Part shown: piece by piece, positions 28,393 through 36,929 of the stretch
How the letters are laid out: the number at the start of each line of letters is the position of its first letter
Numbering within the stretch: the first letter of the stretch is position 1
Assembly (NCBI GenBank): GCA_965223325.1
Contig: CBDCWI010000002.1
Span: 192,001-256,000, forward strand
DNA from: Candidatus Multivoradales bacterium
GTDB lineage: Bacteria; Acidobacteriota; Thermoanaerobaculia; Multivoradales; Multivoraceae
Direction: 5' to 3'
Length of the DNA stretch: 64,000 nucleotides
Translations under genes and position numbers: made by a program
The notes under the pieces: generated by a model
The model's input: the letters and a program-made list of their open reading frames with translations, nothing else
Told to the model about the DNA's origin: nothing
Database searches by the model: none

Positions 28393-29160
28393 ATGATCGA
28401 GAGCAAAGAAAGCGGCGAGCGAAGGAAGGTGCTCGCAGCCATTCCGGCCTACGATGCCGGCCCCTGGGTCGGCGATGTCGTACGACGCACGACCCGGCAG
28501 ATCGAAGACGTGTTGGTCGTCGATGACGGTTCGAGCGATGAGACCGCTCGCGTCGCGCGCGCGGCCGGTGCCGAAGTGATCTCCCACCGAGTCAACCGCG
28601 GCAAGGGCGCCGCCCTCCTGACCGCCTTTTCGGTCGCGTTGGCGCGCGGCTACGACGCCATCGCGACGCTCGATGCCGACGGTCAACATCTCCCCGAGCG
28701 TCTGCCCGATCTCGTCGCCGCCTGGCAGGGTGGAGCGGATCTGGTGCTGGGGAGCCGGTTTCACCTCTTCATGGGCATGTCACCGCTCCGGCGCGCTAGC
28801 AATCGACTCTCGAGTCGCGCGATTTCGTGGGCGGCCGGGCAACCGATAGGCGACGTGCAAACGGGCTTTCGCATCTACTCGCGCGAGCTCCTCGAAAGAG
28901 TCGGCTTCCTCGGCGCCGGCTTCGAGGCCGAAAGTGCGGTGGTCGTCAGGGCGTCACGAATGGGTCTCGAGGTCAGAGAGGTTCCGATCGAGCTCGGTTT
29001 CGTCGACGGCCGATCGACCAGCCACTATCGGCCGATCGCCGATAGCCTCAGAATCGCGCGCGCAGTCGCCGGTGCCCGCTTCTTCGACCGTCCTGACGCT
29101 CCAAACCCACTCGCGGCGCTGGCCGCTCGCATGCCCCCCGCGGAGGCCCGTAACGGATGA
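28393..29160 (+). CDS. Glycosyltransferase family 2 (DPM-synthase-like)
   Basis: IPAYD, VVDDGSSD, NRGKGAA, DADGQH and DVQTGFR motifs. Confidence 0.92.
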   Translation: MIESKESGERRKVLAAIPAYDAGPWVGDVVRRTTRQIEDVLVVDDGSSDETARVARAAGAEVISHRVNRGKGAALLTAFSVALARGYDAIATLDADGQHLPERLPDLVAAWQGGADLVLGSRFHLFMGMSPLRRASNRLSSRAISWAAGQPIGDVQTGFRIYSRELLERVGFLGAGFEAESAVVVRASRMGLEVREVPIELGFVDGRSTSHYRPIADSLRIARAVAGARFFDRPDAPNPLAALAARMPPAEARNG

Positions 29161-29891
29161 CGACCGATGAAGGAATCCTGTTGGTCACCGGCGGGTCGCG
29201 CGGCATCGGTCGGGCGGTCGTACTGGCTGCCACATCGTCTGGTCAGCGTGTCGCGTTCACCTATCGAAGCGCCGAGGAGGAGGCGCAGGAAGTCGCCTTG
29301 GCCAGTGATGGTCTCGCCACGGCCTGGCCCTTTGACCTCGCCGACCGCGAACGCCCGAAGGCGTTGGTCTCCGAGATCGAGGAGACGCTCGGTCCGATCG
29401 ACGGCCTGGTCAACAACGCTGGCGTGGCACACAGCAAGTTGCTTGGCATGACCTCGAACGACGAGTGGGACCGGGTTCTCGACACAAACCTCGGCGGCGC
29501 CTTTCGAATGTGCCGCGCCGTCGTCCCGCTCATGCTTCGCCGTCGCCGCGGGGCGATCGTCAACCTCGGCTCTCTGGGTGCTGAGCGGGGAGTCGCCGGC
29601 CAGGGCGCCTACGCCGCTTCGAAGGCCGGTCTACTCGCACTGACCCGCACTCTCGCCCGCGAGATCGGCAAGCGGCGCATTCGGGTCAACGCCGTCGTCC
29701 CGGGATTTGTTGCCACCGACATGACGGCCGGCCTGCCGGAGGCGGCGAAGGACGGGCTGCGCGCGGCCGAGGTCTTGCCGGACGGAGCGACGGTCGAGTC
29801 GGTCGCCGCGACCGTGCTCTTTCTCCTCTCTCCGGGTGCGCTCGGGATCACCGGCCAGAGCTTCTTCGTCGACGCCGGTGCCTCGAGCTAG
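29157..29891 (+). CDS. 3-oxoacyl-ACP reductase (FabG-like KR)
   Basis: TGGSRGIG, VNNAG, YAASK and VNAVVPGFVATDM motifs. Confidence 0.93.
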   Translation: MTTDEGILLVTGGSRGIGRAVVLAATSSGQRVAFTYRSAEEEAQEVALASDGLATAWPFDLADRERPKALVSEIEETLGPIDGLVNNAGVAHSKLLGMTSNDEWDRVLDTNLGGAFRMCRAVVPLMLRRRRGAIVNLGSLGAERGVAGQGAYAASKAGLLALTRTLAREIGKRRIRVNAVVPGFVATDMTAGLPEAAKDGLRAAEVLPDGATVESVAATVLFLLSPGALGITGQSFFVDAGASS

Positions 29892-29908
29892 CGCCGGGGA
29901 GCACAGGT

Positions 29909-32500
29909 GTGACCAGCGCACGACGACCCGCAACGCCAGTGGAGCCAGAGTGGCGCTCGCCCGGCTTGCGATGGTTCGTGCTGGCTGCTCCCTGGCGGAC
30001 CCTGGCCTTTGCTCTCGTCCTGTTGCTGCTGGCAACGTGGGCAGCGCGCGACCTGCGACCACGCGCCGATCTCGCATCGCTTCTGCCCCGGGATTCCGAG
30101 GCAGGAGAGGCCTACCGCCTGGTCCTCGAGGAGTTCGGCGGGGTCGAAACGCTCTTCGTGATGCTGCGCCAGGGGCAGGCACTCCCGCCCCGAGCAGCAC
30201 CGACAACCCACGATCTCGACAGAGGGGAGCTGGTGCTCGAAGCGGCCTGGGCGCTTGCTGACCGCCTGCGCGTGCATGAGCATGTGGCGGCAATTCGCAC
30301 CGGAATCGAAGCCGAGGACGAACGGCTGTTCTTCGAGCAGGTTGCAAAACGCGCCCCGCTCTTGCTCGGCGACCGCGAGTTCGAGCGCGCCCTGGCCGCC
30401 CGGCTCGACCCGGCGGCGCTCGCACAGCGCGCCCGTGACCTGCGCCTGATGGCAACGACGGCGGGCAACGAGGCCGCTGTCGTCCTGGCGCGCTTTGACC
30501 CGCTCGGCTTTCTCGAGGACCTGGAGGGCTTCTCTCTCGATGGCGACGCCCTCGCCGACGGGTTTCCGGTCGATGCCCTGACCGGCAGTTTTCGTGGCCC
30601 CGGTGGCGAGGCACTCGTTCTGGTGACCCCGCGGGCTTCAGAGCTCGATGCCGCGGCAGGTCGCGCGCTACTCGAGACGCTCGAGGGCGAGGTCGCAGCT
30701 CTCGCGGGAGAGTTCGGAATCGAGCTCGAGATGTTCGCCGTTGGCGGTCCGCTCTATGCGGCACGCGATGAGCGCGCCCTGCGCACCGATCTCGCCACCA
30801 CGCTGGCGGGCTCGGCCATCGCGAGCCTGATTCTCCTGACTGCTGCTTTTGGCGGCCTTCGTCTGCCCCTCCTGGCCTTGTTCGCCCTCGCGGTGGGACT
30901 CGTTTTCACCGCCGGCCTGCTGGCTGTGTCGCTGGGAACGATCTCGGCTCTCGCCCTCGGGTTTGCGGCGGTGCTCATCGGCCTGGGGCTCGACTACGCC
31001 ATCCACGCCTGTACCCGCTTCGTTGCCGAGTCGGCGCGCGGTCTGGCTGCCAGAGAGGCGCTCGAGGTGGTGCTGCGTGAGGTCAGTCCCGCCATTCTGG
31101 CGGCCGCTCTGACCACCGCGGCGGCTTTTCTCGTTCTCACCCTCGCGGCGCTGCGCTCGGTGCGCGAACTCGGCGTGCTGGTCGCCCTGGGCATGTTTGG
31201 CATTCTGCTGGCGACCTATGTGGTGGGAACACCGCTTCTCGCTCTCGGCTTTGCCGGCTCCGTTCGGACGACCAGGCTGTTCGATGTCGCGCAGGCGATC
31301 GTTCAAAGAGCGCTTCGACTAGCGCGCCAACGTCGGCGGGTCGTCGTTCTAGCGGCGCTTTTCCTGTTTGGCCTCGGGGCGGTCGGTCTGACCCGCATCG
31401 AGGTGGACCCGGATCTTCGTCAGCTGCGGCCGGGCGATGACGCGAGCGAGGTCTCTGAGCGTCTGCTCGCTCTCACCTTCGGACTCGGTTCGGGCGTCGA
31501 GGCGGCCAGCCTGGTCCTCGAGGGCGACAACCTCGACGAGGTCCTCGAGCGCGCGGCGGCGGTGACCGCGCTTGTGCGCCCGCGCCTTCCCCAGAGCGCG
31601 CGGCTCGAGTCGCCCTCCGATCTCCTCGCCAGCCAGCGCCAGGTCGAGCGGCGGCTGAAACATCTCTCAGCCAGCGATCTCACCGTCAGTCTTCGCGCCT
31701 TCGAATCCGCTTTACGCGAGGAGGGCCTCCGGCCAGCCGCCTTCAGAGAGGGTCTCGAGGCCCTGGGAGCGATGGCCGAGGGCCGCGATCCACTGGCCGT
31801 GGAGGCAAGAGAACGCCTTCCCGAATGGGCCGCCGGCTCGCTGGCACTTTCTGAAAGCGGGCGAACGTACGCTCGCCTGCGCTTGCGACTTCCCAGCGAT
31901 GGCTGGCAGGACGGGTTGCCCTCCGACCTGGCCGCCGAGATCGAGGCGCTCGCTCCCGGAACCCGCTTCGCTTCGAGTGGGGCAGTGGGAGCAGAGCTCA
32001 GGAGCCTGGCGCGGCGTGACCTGCGGGTCCTGGCGGTGGGCAGTTCTCTGGCGGTTCTCGCGGTGGTTCTGGTCGCGATGCGCTTTCGCTTTCGATTGGC
32101 CGCCTACGCGCTCCTCCCGGTGGTCTGGGGCGCGACGGTCAGCCTCGGCCTCTGGGGCCTGTTCGCACGGCCGGCGCGGCTCGACTTGCTGTCGATCGCC
32201 GTCCTTCCGATTCTGTTGGGTATCGGTGTCGACGACGGGTTGCACGCCCTGTGCGGCCAGCGCGGAAACGGACCGCTGCGCTCGTGGTTGGGAGGCTCCA
32301 TCGCCTCGACCGGACGGGCGATGGTGCTCACCACCTTGACGACGGCAGCTGGGTTCTCGAGCCTGGCACTGTCGAGCATTCCGGGATTGGAGCGCGGCGG
32401 CCTGCTGGTGGCCGGTGGGGTGGTTGCCTGCCTGGTGGCGACGCTTCTGGTTCTGCCGGCCTCTGCCGGAACCGAAGGCGACCAACGATCGCGGCGGTAG
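29909..32500 (+). CDS. MMPL/RND-family exporter (ApeM-like)
   Basis: Two membrane repeats with GLGLDYAIH and GIGVDDGLH, each preceded by a large soluble loop. Confidence 0.88.
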   Translation: MTSARRPATPVEPEWRSPGLRWFVLAAPWRTLAFALVLLLLATWAARDLRPRADLASLLPRDSEAGEAYRLVLEEFGGVETLFVMLRQGQALPPRAAPTTHDLDRGELVLEAAWALADRLRVHEHVAAIRTGIEAEDERLFFEQVAKRAPLLLGDREFERALAARLDPAALAQRARDLRLMATTAGNEAAVVLARFDPLGFLEDLEGFSLDGDALADGFPVDALTGSFRGPGGEALVLVTPRASELDAAAGRALLETLEGEVAALAGEFGIELEMFAVGGPLYAARDERALRTDLATTLAGSAIASLILLTAAFGGLRLPLLALFALAVGLVFTAGLLAVSLGTISALALGFAAVLIGLGLDYAIHACTRFVAESARGLAAREALEVVLREVSPAILAAALTTAAAFLVLTLAALRSVRELGVLVALGMFGILLATYVVGTPLLALGFAGSVRTTRLFDVAQAIVQRALRLARQRRRVVVLAALFLFGLGAVGLTRIEVDPDLRQLRPGDDASEVSERLLALTFGLGSGVEAASLVLEGDNLDEVLERAAAVTALVRPRLPQSARLESPSDLLASQRQVERRLKHLSASDLTVSLRAFESALREEGLRPAAFREGLEALGAMAEGRDPLAVEARERLPEWAAGSLALSESGRTYARLRLRLPSDGWQDGLPSDLAAEIEALAPGTRFASSGAVGAELRSLARRDLRVLAVGSSLAVLAVVLVAMRFRFRLAAYALLPVVWGATVSLGLWGLFARPARLDLLSIAVLPILLGIGVDDGLHALCGQRGNGPLRSWLGGSIASTGRAMVLTTLTTAAGFSSLALSSIPGLERGGLLVAGGVVACLVATLLVLPASAGTEGDQRSRR

Positions 32501-32667
32501 AGGCTGCTAGGCTCTATCACCCCACGGTCCGAGGTGTCTCAAAGCCCCATCCCGGAGGTCAAACCTCGCATCGCACCGCCGCTCCAACTGCTACCTCCCC
32601 GACCACATCAGGTTCTGATGACCAGTCGCCACCAAGCAATCCTCAACGCTTCCTCGGGTCAGCCGTT

Positions 32668-33801
32668 TTGTCCGATCAGCTAGGGCCGCCGGAGGACGAG
32701 CGCGCCACGACGGCCGATGGGCTTCGAGAAGTGTCCGCCCAGGCCCCGCGGGTGAGCGCCTGGCAGCGCCGGGTGCTCGGTCGGCTGCACATCACTTCCG
32801 TTTTCTGGTACCGCCTGAACATGTGGGGTGCGAATCACCTTCCCGATTGGCTGTTGCCCTCCGCCATGGCTCTCACGAGTGGCTTCTTTACCGTCATGCT
32901 GCCGGGCCGGCGGCGAGCAGTGGCGAACAACCGCGAGTGGATCGAAGGCCGACGCCACGGCTTGCTGCGCCGCTGGTGGAACGCCTTTACGACCTTCCAC
33001 AACCTGGCCTGGTGCATGACGGAGACCTACCAGGGGCTGGCTGGCCGCGATGCGGTCGCGGTCGAAACGGAGGCGATCGAGCACTGGCGGGGCTTGGCTG
33101 CAGAACCGTCGGGTTTCGTTCTGATGACCGCCCACGTCGGCCACTGGGAGGTCGGGTCGCGCCTCGAAGGCGAAGGTGAGGGTCGGCGCGTCAATGTGGT
33201 TCGCGAGCCCGAAGTAGACCAGGCGATTCAGGAGTGGCTCGAGGAGGCCCTGGAGCGCTCGGGCGGCGACCAGGTGACCTTCCACTTCGCCCAGCCAGAC
33301 GACTTCGCCCTCGGCGCGCGCCTCCTGCAGGCCCTGCGACGGGGCGAGCTGGTGGCTCTCCAGGGAGACCGCCCGACGGCCAGCGGACGTCGTGCGACGG
33401 TCGAGATCTTCGGCCGCCAACTCGAGTTGCCGCTCGGCCCCGTCGCGCTGGCACGTGCGGCAGGCGTCCCTCTCTTGCCCGTCTTCGTCTGGAGGCGCGG
33501 GCGCGGGCGCTCGCAGGTCGTGTTTCGACCGCCGGTGACCGTCGCTCGGACCCGCGATCGAGAGAGCGACCTGGCGGCGGCGCTGCAGGCGGTCACCAAC
33601 CATGTCGAGTGGGCGATCCGGCAGGAACCTGCGCAATGGTTCTGCTTTCGCGACCTCTGGGGGCGCCCACCGCGCCACCCGTCCGCTGCGCCTTCGGCCG
33701 ACCCCGTCTTGCGAGACCCCCTCATCGCAGGGCGAGTCGAGCACGAGAGAACAGGGCCTGAGACCTCTGGGATGGGACTCGACGCCGAGCGACAGACCTG
33801 A
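32668..33801 (+). CDS. LpxL/HtrB-like lipid acyltransferase
   Basis: TAHVGHWE (HxxxxD/E), LQGDR, GPVALA and PAQWFCF motifs. The start is uncertain (TTG 32668 or GTG 32731). Confidence 0.85.
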   Translation: MSDQLGPPEDERATTADGLREVSAQAPRVSAWQRRVLGRLHITSVFWYRLNMWGANHLPDWLLPSAMALTSGFFTVMLPGRRRAVANNREWIEGRRHGLLRRWWNAFTTFHNLAWCMTETYQGLAGRDAVAVETEAIEHWRGLAAEPSGFVLMTAHVGHWEVGSRLEGEGEGRRVNVVREPEVDQAIQEWLEEALERSGGDQVTFHFAQPDDFALGARLLQALRRGELVALQGDRPTASGRRATVEIFGRQLELPLGPVALARAAGVPLLPVFVWRRGRGRSQVVFRPPVTVARTRDRESDLAAALQAVTNHVEWAIRQEPAQWFCFRDLWGRPPRHPSAAPSADPVLRDPLIAGRVEHERTGPETSGMGLDAERQT

Positions 33802-33830
33802 GACGATCGGACACCGGAAGGGAGATCCGC

Positions 33831-34604
33831 TTGCGAGAGCAACCACCGTCGACTGAAAGAGCACCGCTGGACGCCGGGTCGCCGCATCCCACCCTGGGCC
33901 GCTACTACCACGATGGTGAGGCGCGCCGGGAGTACCTGCACGAAGCCTTCGACCGCTCGGCCCATCACTACGACGGAATCAACCGTTGGATGTCGTTCGG
34001 CACCGATAGCTGGTACCGGAGGAAGGCTCTCGAGCGCGCCGGGGTCGGCCCGGGCATGAAGCTGCTCGACGTCGGTTGCGGTACCGGGATGATCGCCTCA
34101 CACGCACGTGATCTGGTCGGTGAAACCGGTCAAGTGATCGCAGTCGATCCGTCGTTCGGAATGCTGCGCCAGGGGATTGCCGAGGGTCGCCTGGACTCGC
34201 CAGCACGCGGCCGAGCGGAGGCCCTACCGTTTCCAGATCAACACTTCGACCTCGTCACCATGAGCTATGCGCTGCGTCATGTCGACAACCTCGAAACGAC
34301 CTTTTCCGAGTATCGGCGGGTGCTACGGCCGGGCGGCAAGATTCTGATCCTCGAGGTCACCCCTCCGCCGCCCGGGCCATTGTTCGGCCTGGTGAAGTTC
34401 TACCTGCGCCGCATCGTGCCTGCCGTCACCAGGGTCACCACGGGCAGTCGTGATGCGCAAACGCTCTACGCCTACTGCTGGGACACTTTCGAAGCCTGTG
34501 TGCCTCCCGAGGAAATCCAGCAGGCGATGACCGCCGTGGGCATGACCGACGTATCGCGTCATCGCGAGGCCGCGATCTTCAGCGAGTACACCGGAGTCCG
34601 CTGA
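33831..34604 (+). CDS. SAM-dependent methyltransferase (UbiE/MenG-like)
   Basis: YDGINRWMSFG, LDVGCGTG, AEALPF and RVLRPGG motifs. Confidence 0.9.
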   Translation: MREQPPSTERAPLDAGSPHPTLGRYYHDGEARREYLHEAFDRSAHHYDGINRWMSFGTDSWYRRKALERAGVGPGMKLLDVGCGTGMIASHARDLVGETGQVIAVDPSFGMLRQGIAEGRLDSPARGRAEALPFPDQHFDLVTMSYALRHVDNLETTFSEYRRVLRPGGKILILEVTPPPPGPLFGLVKFYLRRIVPAVTRVTTGSRDAQTLYAYCWDTFEACVPPEEIQQAMTAVGMTDVSRHREAAIFSEYTGVR

Positions 34605-34638
34605 GGCGCGAGTGCATCCCTGGCCCTATGTTCTCTGC

Positions 34639-36258
34639 TCAGGTTGTTGCCGAGGCCGGGTCAACGCCGGTTCGCGCTTCGGAAACCGCCGGCGGCCGGG
34701 CGATGGGCTGCGGTCGGCGGGGTAGGGGCCTGAGCTCGCTGATCTCCGCCTCGAGCCACATCCGGAGCCCGCGAAGAAACGAGCCCCGCGCGTCGCGGCC
34801 GAGGCTGAAGACCGGGCCTTTCGGTTTCCAGCCGACGTTGTGCATCCCGTAGTTGCCACGTTCACGACGTCTGAGCGCAATGCGGCGTAGGCGTCGGCCG
34901 AGAAAAGCGTGGAACTCGTAGGCGACGCGTACCTGCCACGCTGGCTGGGCAAAAACCGGTTGCTTCAACGCACCGACGTCACCGTAGACCCAGGGCAAGA
35001 CGAAGAGGTAGTAGGCGCCGGTGTCGATCAGCATGGCTGCTGTGGTGAGCTGAGCGTCGCCGAGAATGGCGTACTTGCCTAGATAGAGAGCGTCGAGCCA
35101 GCGCTGGTAGGACAGTTCGAAGAGACGGTTGTGTTCATCAATGGCCCGTTCGAGCGGCGGTTCCGGGAGCGCACCTGCGAGATCCTCACTGACCAGGTCG
35201 GCGGTTGCGAAGGTCGAGATCGCCAGGTGGTCGAGGCCTGGGCTGTAGTACGGATCCATGAACGCCGCCGCGTCGCCGACAACTGCCCAGCCGCGCCCCA
35301 TGTACTGACGGCAACGGTAGGACAGGTGGCGATAGGACATGAAATCCTCGCCGTCGATCTCTGCCTCGGCAAGCAACTCGCGCAGCCCGTCATGCTGACG
35401 GACAAAGGCCTCGTAGCGTTCACGCGGTGTGCCCTCGAAAGGCGATTCGAACAGGTCCCGGTCCCACACCAGGCCAATGCTGTTGCGGCCGTCGGCGAGT
35501 GGAATGAGCCAGCACCAATACCCGAAGCCACAGAAGTGGTTGGTCGCCAGGCTGCGGCTGGCCTTTGTCGGCGGCAGCCTGGGGTTGTAGACGTCCCGCC
35601 CGAGGATCTCCGTCGAGTCGAGACTCTTGACTCCGGTCCAGCGCGCCCATGCCGCCCCCACCCGGTGCCTCTCGGTGCGCTCGAGCAGACCGCGACGGCG
35701 GCCGAGAAACGCTGTCTTACCAGAGGCGTCGATGACCCAGCGCGCCTTCAGGGTACGCACCGCGTCGTTCCCGAGGCCAACCGCCACGGTGCTTTCGGGC
35801 CATGCAGTGGCGACCTCCTGGATCTTGGCCGGCTGCAGGACGTCGACGCCCTCGGCGTGGGCCGTCGCCAGCACGTGCCGGTCGAGCGTCGGGCGGTCGA
35901 GCTGAAAACTGGGGATCTCGGGTGCGACGCGCGGTCCGAACTCGACCATATCTTCGAGCGGTCTGTTTCGGCCGTCCGAGAACCAGAAGCGGAGACCGTG
36001 CTTGGGCAGGTGATCGGTCGCCAGGTGCGAGGTGAGACCGAGGACGCGCTGCAAGAAAAGTGACGAGAGTTCGACCGTCGCCTCACCGACCCGCGGGTTG
36101 AGCTCTTGCTGTTGTTCGACCACCAGGATCTGCGCGTCTGGTCTTCGACGTTTGATTTGCAATGCCGTCGACGAGCCGGCCAGTCCACCGCCGATCAGGA
36201 TGACGTCGTAGGCCTCTCTGATCTGGCTTGGCGGCGTTCCAGGGGTAGGGGAGGTCAT
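34639..36258 (-). CDS. Flavin-dependent halogenase
   Basis: GGGLAG FAD motif, candidate catalytic Lys in LPKHG, WCWLIP (WxWxIP) and GDAAAFMDPYYSPG (Fx.PxxSxG). Confidence 0.85.
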   Translation of the reverse strand: MTSPTPGTPPSQIREAYDVILIGGGLAGSSTALQIKRRRPDAQILVVEQQQELNPRVGEATVELSSLFLQRVLGLTSHLATDHLPKHGLRFWFSDGRNRPLEDMVEFGPRVAPEIPSFQLDRPTLDRHVLATAHAEGVDVLQPAKIQEVATAWPESTVAVGLGNDAVRTLKARWVIDASGKTAFLGRRRGLLERTERHRVGAAWARWTGVKSLDSTEILGRDVYNPRLPPTKASRSLATNHFCGFGYWCWLIPLADGRNSIGLVWDRDLFESPFEGTPRERYEAFVRQHDGLRELLAEAEIDGEDFMSYRHLSYRCRQYMGRGWAVVGDAAAFMDPYYSPGLDHLAISTFATADLVSEDLAGALPEPPLERAIDEHNRLFELSYQRWLDALYLGKYAILGDAQLTTAAMLIDTGAYYLFVLPWVYGDVGALKQPVFAQPAWQVRVAYEFHAFLGRRLRRIALRRRERGNYGMHNVGWKPKGPVFSLGRDARGSFLRGLRMWLEAEISELRPLPRRPQPIARPPAVSEARTGVDPASATT

Positions 36259-36360
36259 CTCTTGGCGATCATGGAGTCAGAGCGATCTGGGAGGGGAATC
36301 GGGAGAGCGGCTGAGCGGGAGGGTCGTGACGCCAGAGCCGAGGAAGGCGCCGCCGTCTAC

Positions 36361-36388
36361 ATTCTACGGGCATTTGGGCGGCGGGCAA
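36361..36388 (-). promoter_or_regulatory. Candidate sigma70-type promoter for the halogenase
   Basis: Minus strand reads TTGCCC-N16-TAGAAT, about 100 bp upstream of the ATG at 36258. Confidence 0.4.
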
Positions 36389-36399
36389 TCACCCCGATT

Positions 36400-36846
36400 C
36401 TAGTCGCGGTCCTCGATCGCGTCCTGGGTGGCGAAGGTGCTGATCGTCGCCTCGGCGAGGACTTCGTGGGGTTCGAAGGCCCGCATCACCCGGACTGCAA
36501 AGCGCTGTAGCGCCCCAGCGCCTCCGAGGCGCTCGACGCGCGCTCGCAGTTCCACTCCGACTGGCAGTTTCGACTGATGAAAGGTGGCGGAGCGGATCGC
36601 GACCAGGTAGCCAATGGGTACCGGCCTCTTGCCGCCTCCCGCGCTCGAAGTGCGGGCGAAGGCGATGGACGCCTGCGCTGCGAGCTCGATGGCCAGGATG
36701 GCGGAAGCTTCCCCGGCGTGCGCCAGGGGGTTTTGTTCGTCGATACGACCTACGCACACGGCGACGTCGCCCTCACGACTCAGAAGTCGTTCCGCCAACC
36801 GCATCGGTGGCCGATGAGGCAGCAGGGTGGTGAGGTCACCGCTCAT
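36400..36846 (-). CDS. Hot-dog-fold 3-hydroxyacyl-ACP dehydratase (ApeP/FabZ-like)
   Basis: LLPHRPPMRL, IELAAQ and GYLVAIR motifs. Confidence 0.85.
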   Translation of the reverse strand: MSGDLTTLLPHRPPMRLAERLLSREGDVAVCVGRIDEQNPLAHAGEASAILAIELAAQASIAFARTSSAGGGKRPVPIGYLVAIRSATFHQSKLPVGVELRARVERLGGAGALQRFAVRVMRAFEPHEVLAEATISTFATQDAIEDRD

Positions 36847-36929
36847 GGCGACCGAGGTTACAGAAACCCGGTGCGTGAGCGAATCCGGTCACCGAAACCG
36901 TGATGCGGCGCGCGCGTAACATGAGGCTC

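Larger units (their letters stand above)
22003..36846. other. Biosynthetic gene cluster: xanthomonadin/aryl-polyene-like type II PKS with a halogenase
   Basis: Thirteen contiguous genes: chorismatase, deacetylase, AMP-ligase, ACP, KS, CLF, GT2, KR, MMPL, acyltransferase, methyltransferase, halogenase and dehydratase. Confidence 0.85.

Noticed and set aside
32251-32667. Long N-terminal extension of the acyltransferase ORF
   Set aside because: It overlaps the MMPL gene by 250 bp and is low-complexity; a downstream start is more plausible.
19268-34604. Menaquinone pathway inferred from the menC-like, crotonase, ligase and UbiE-like genes
   Set aside because: There is no menD, menF or menA. The crotonase looks CaiD-like rather than MenB-like, the ligase and methyltransferase sit inside the PKS cluster, and the menC-like gene is GNAT-linked.
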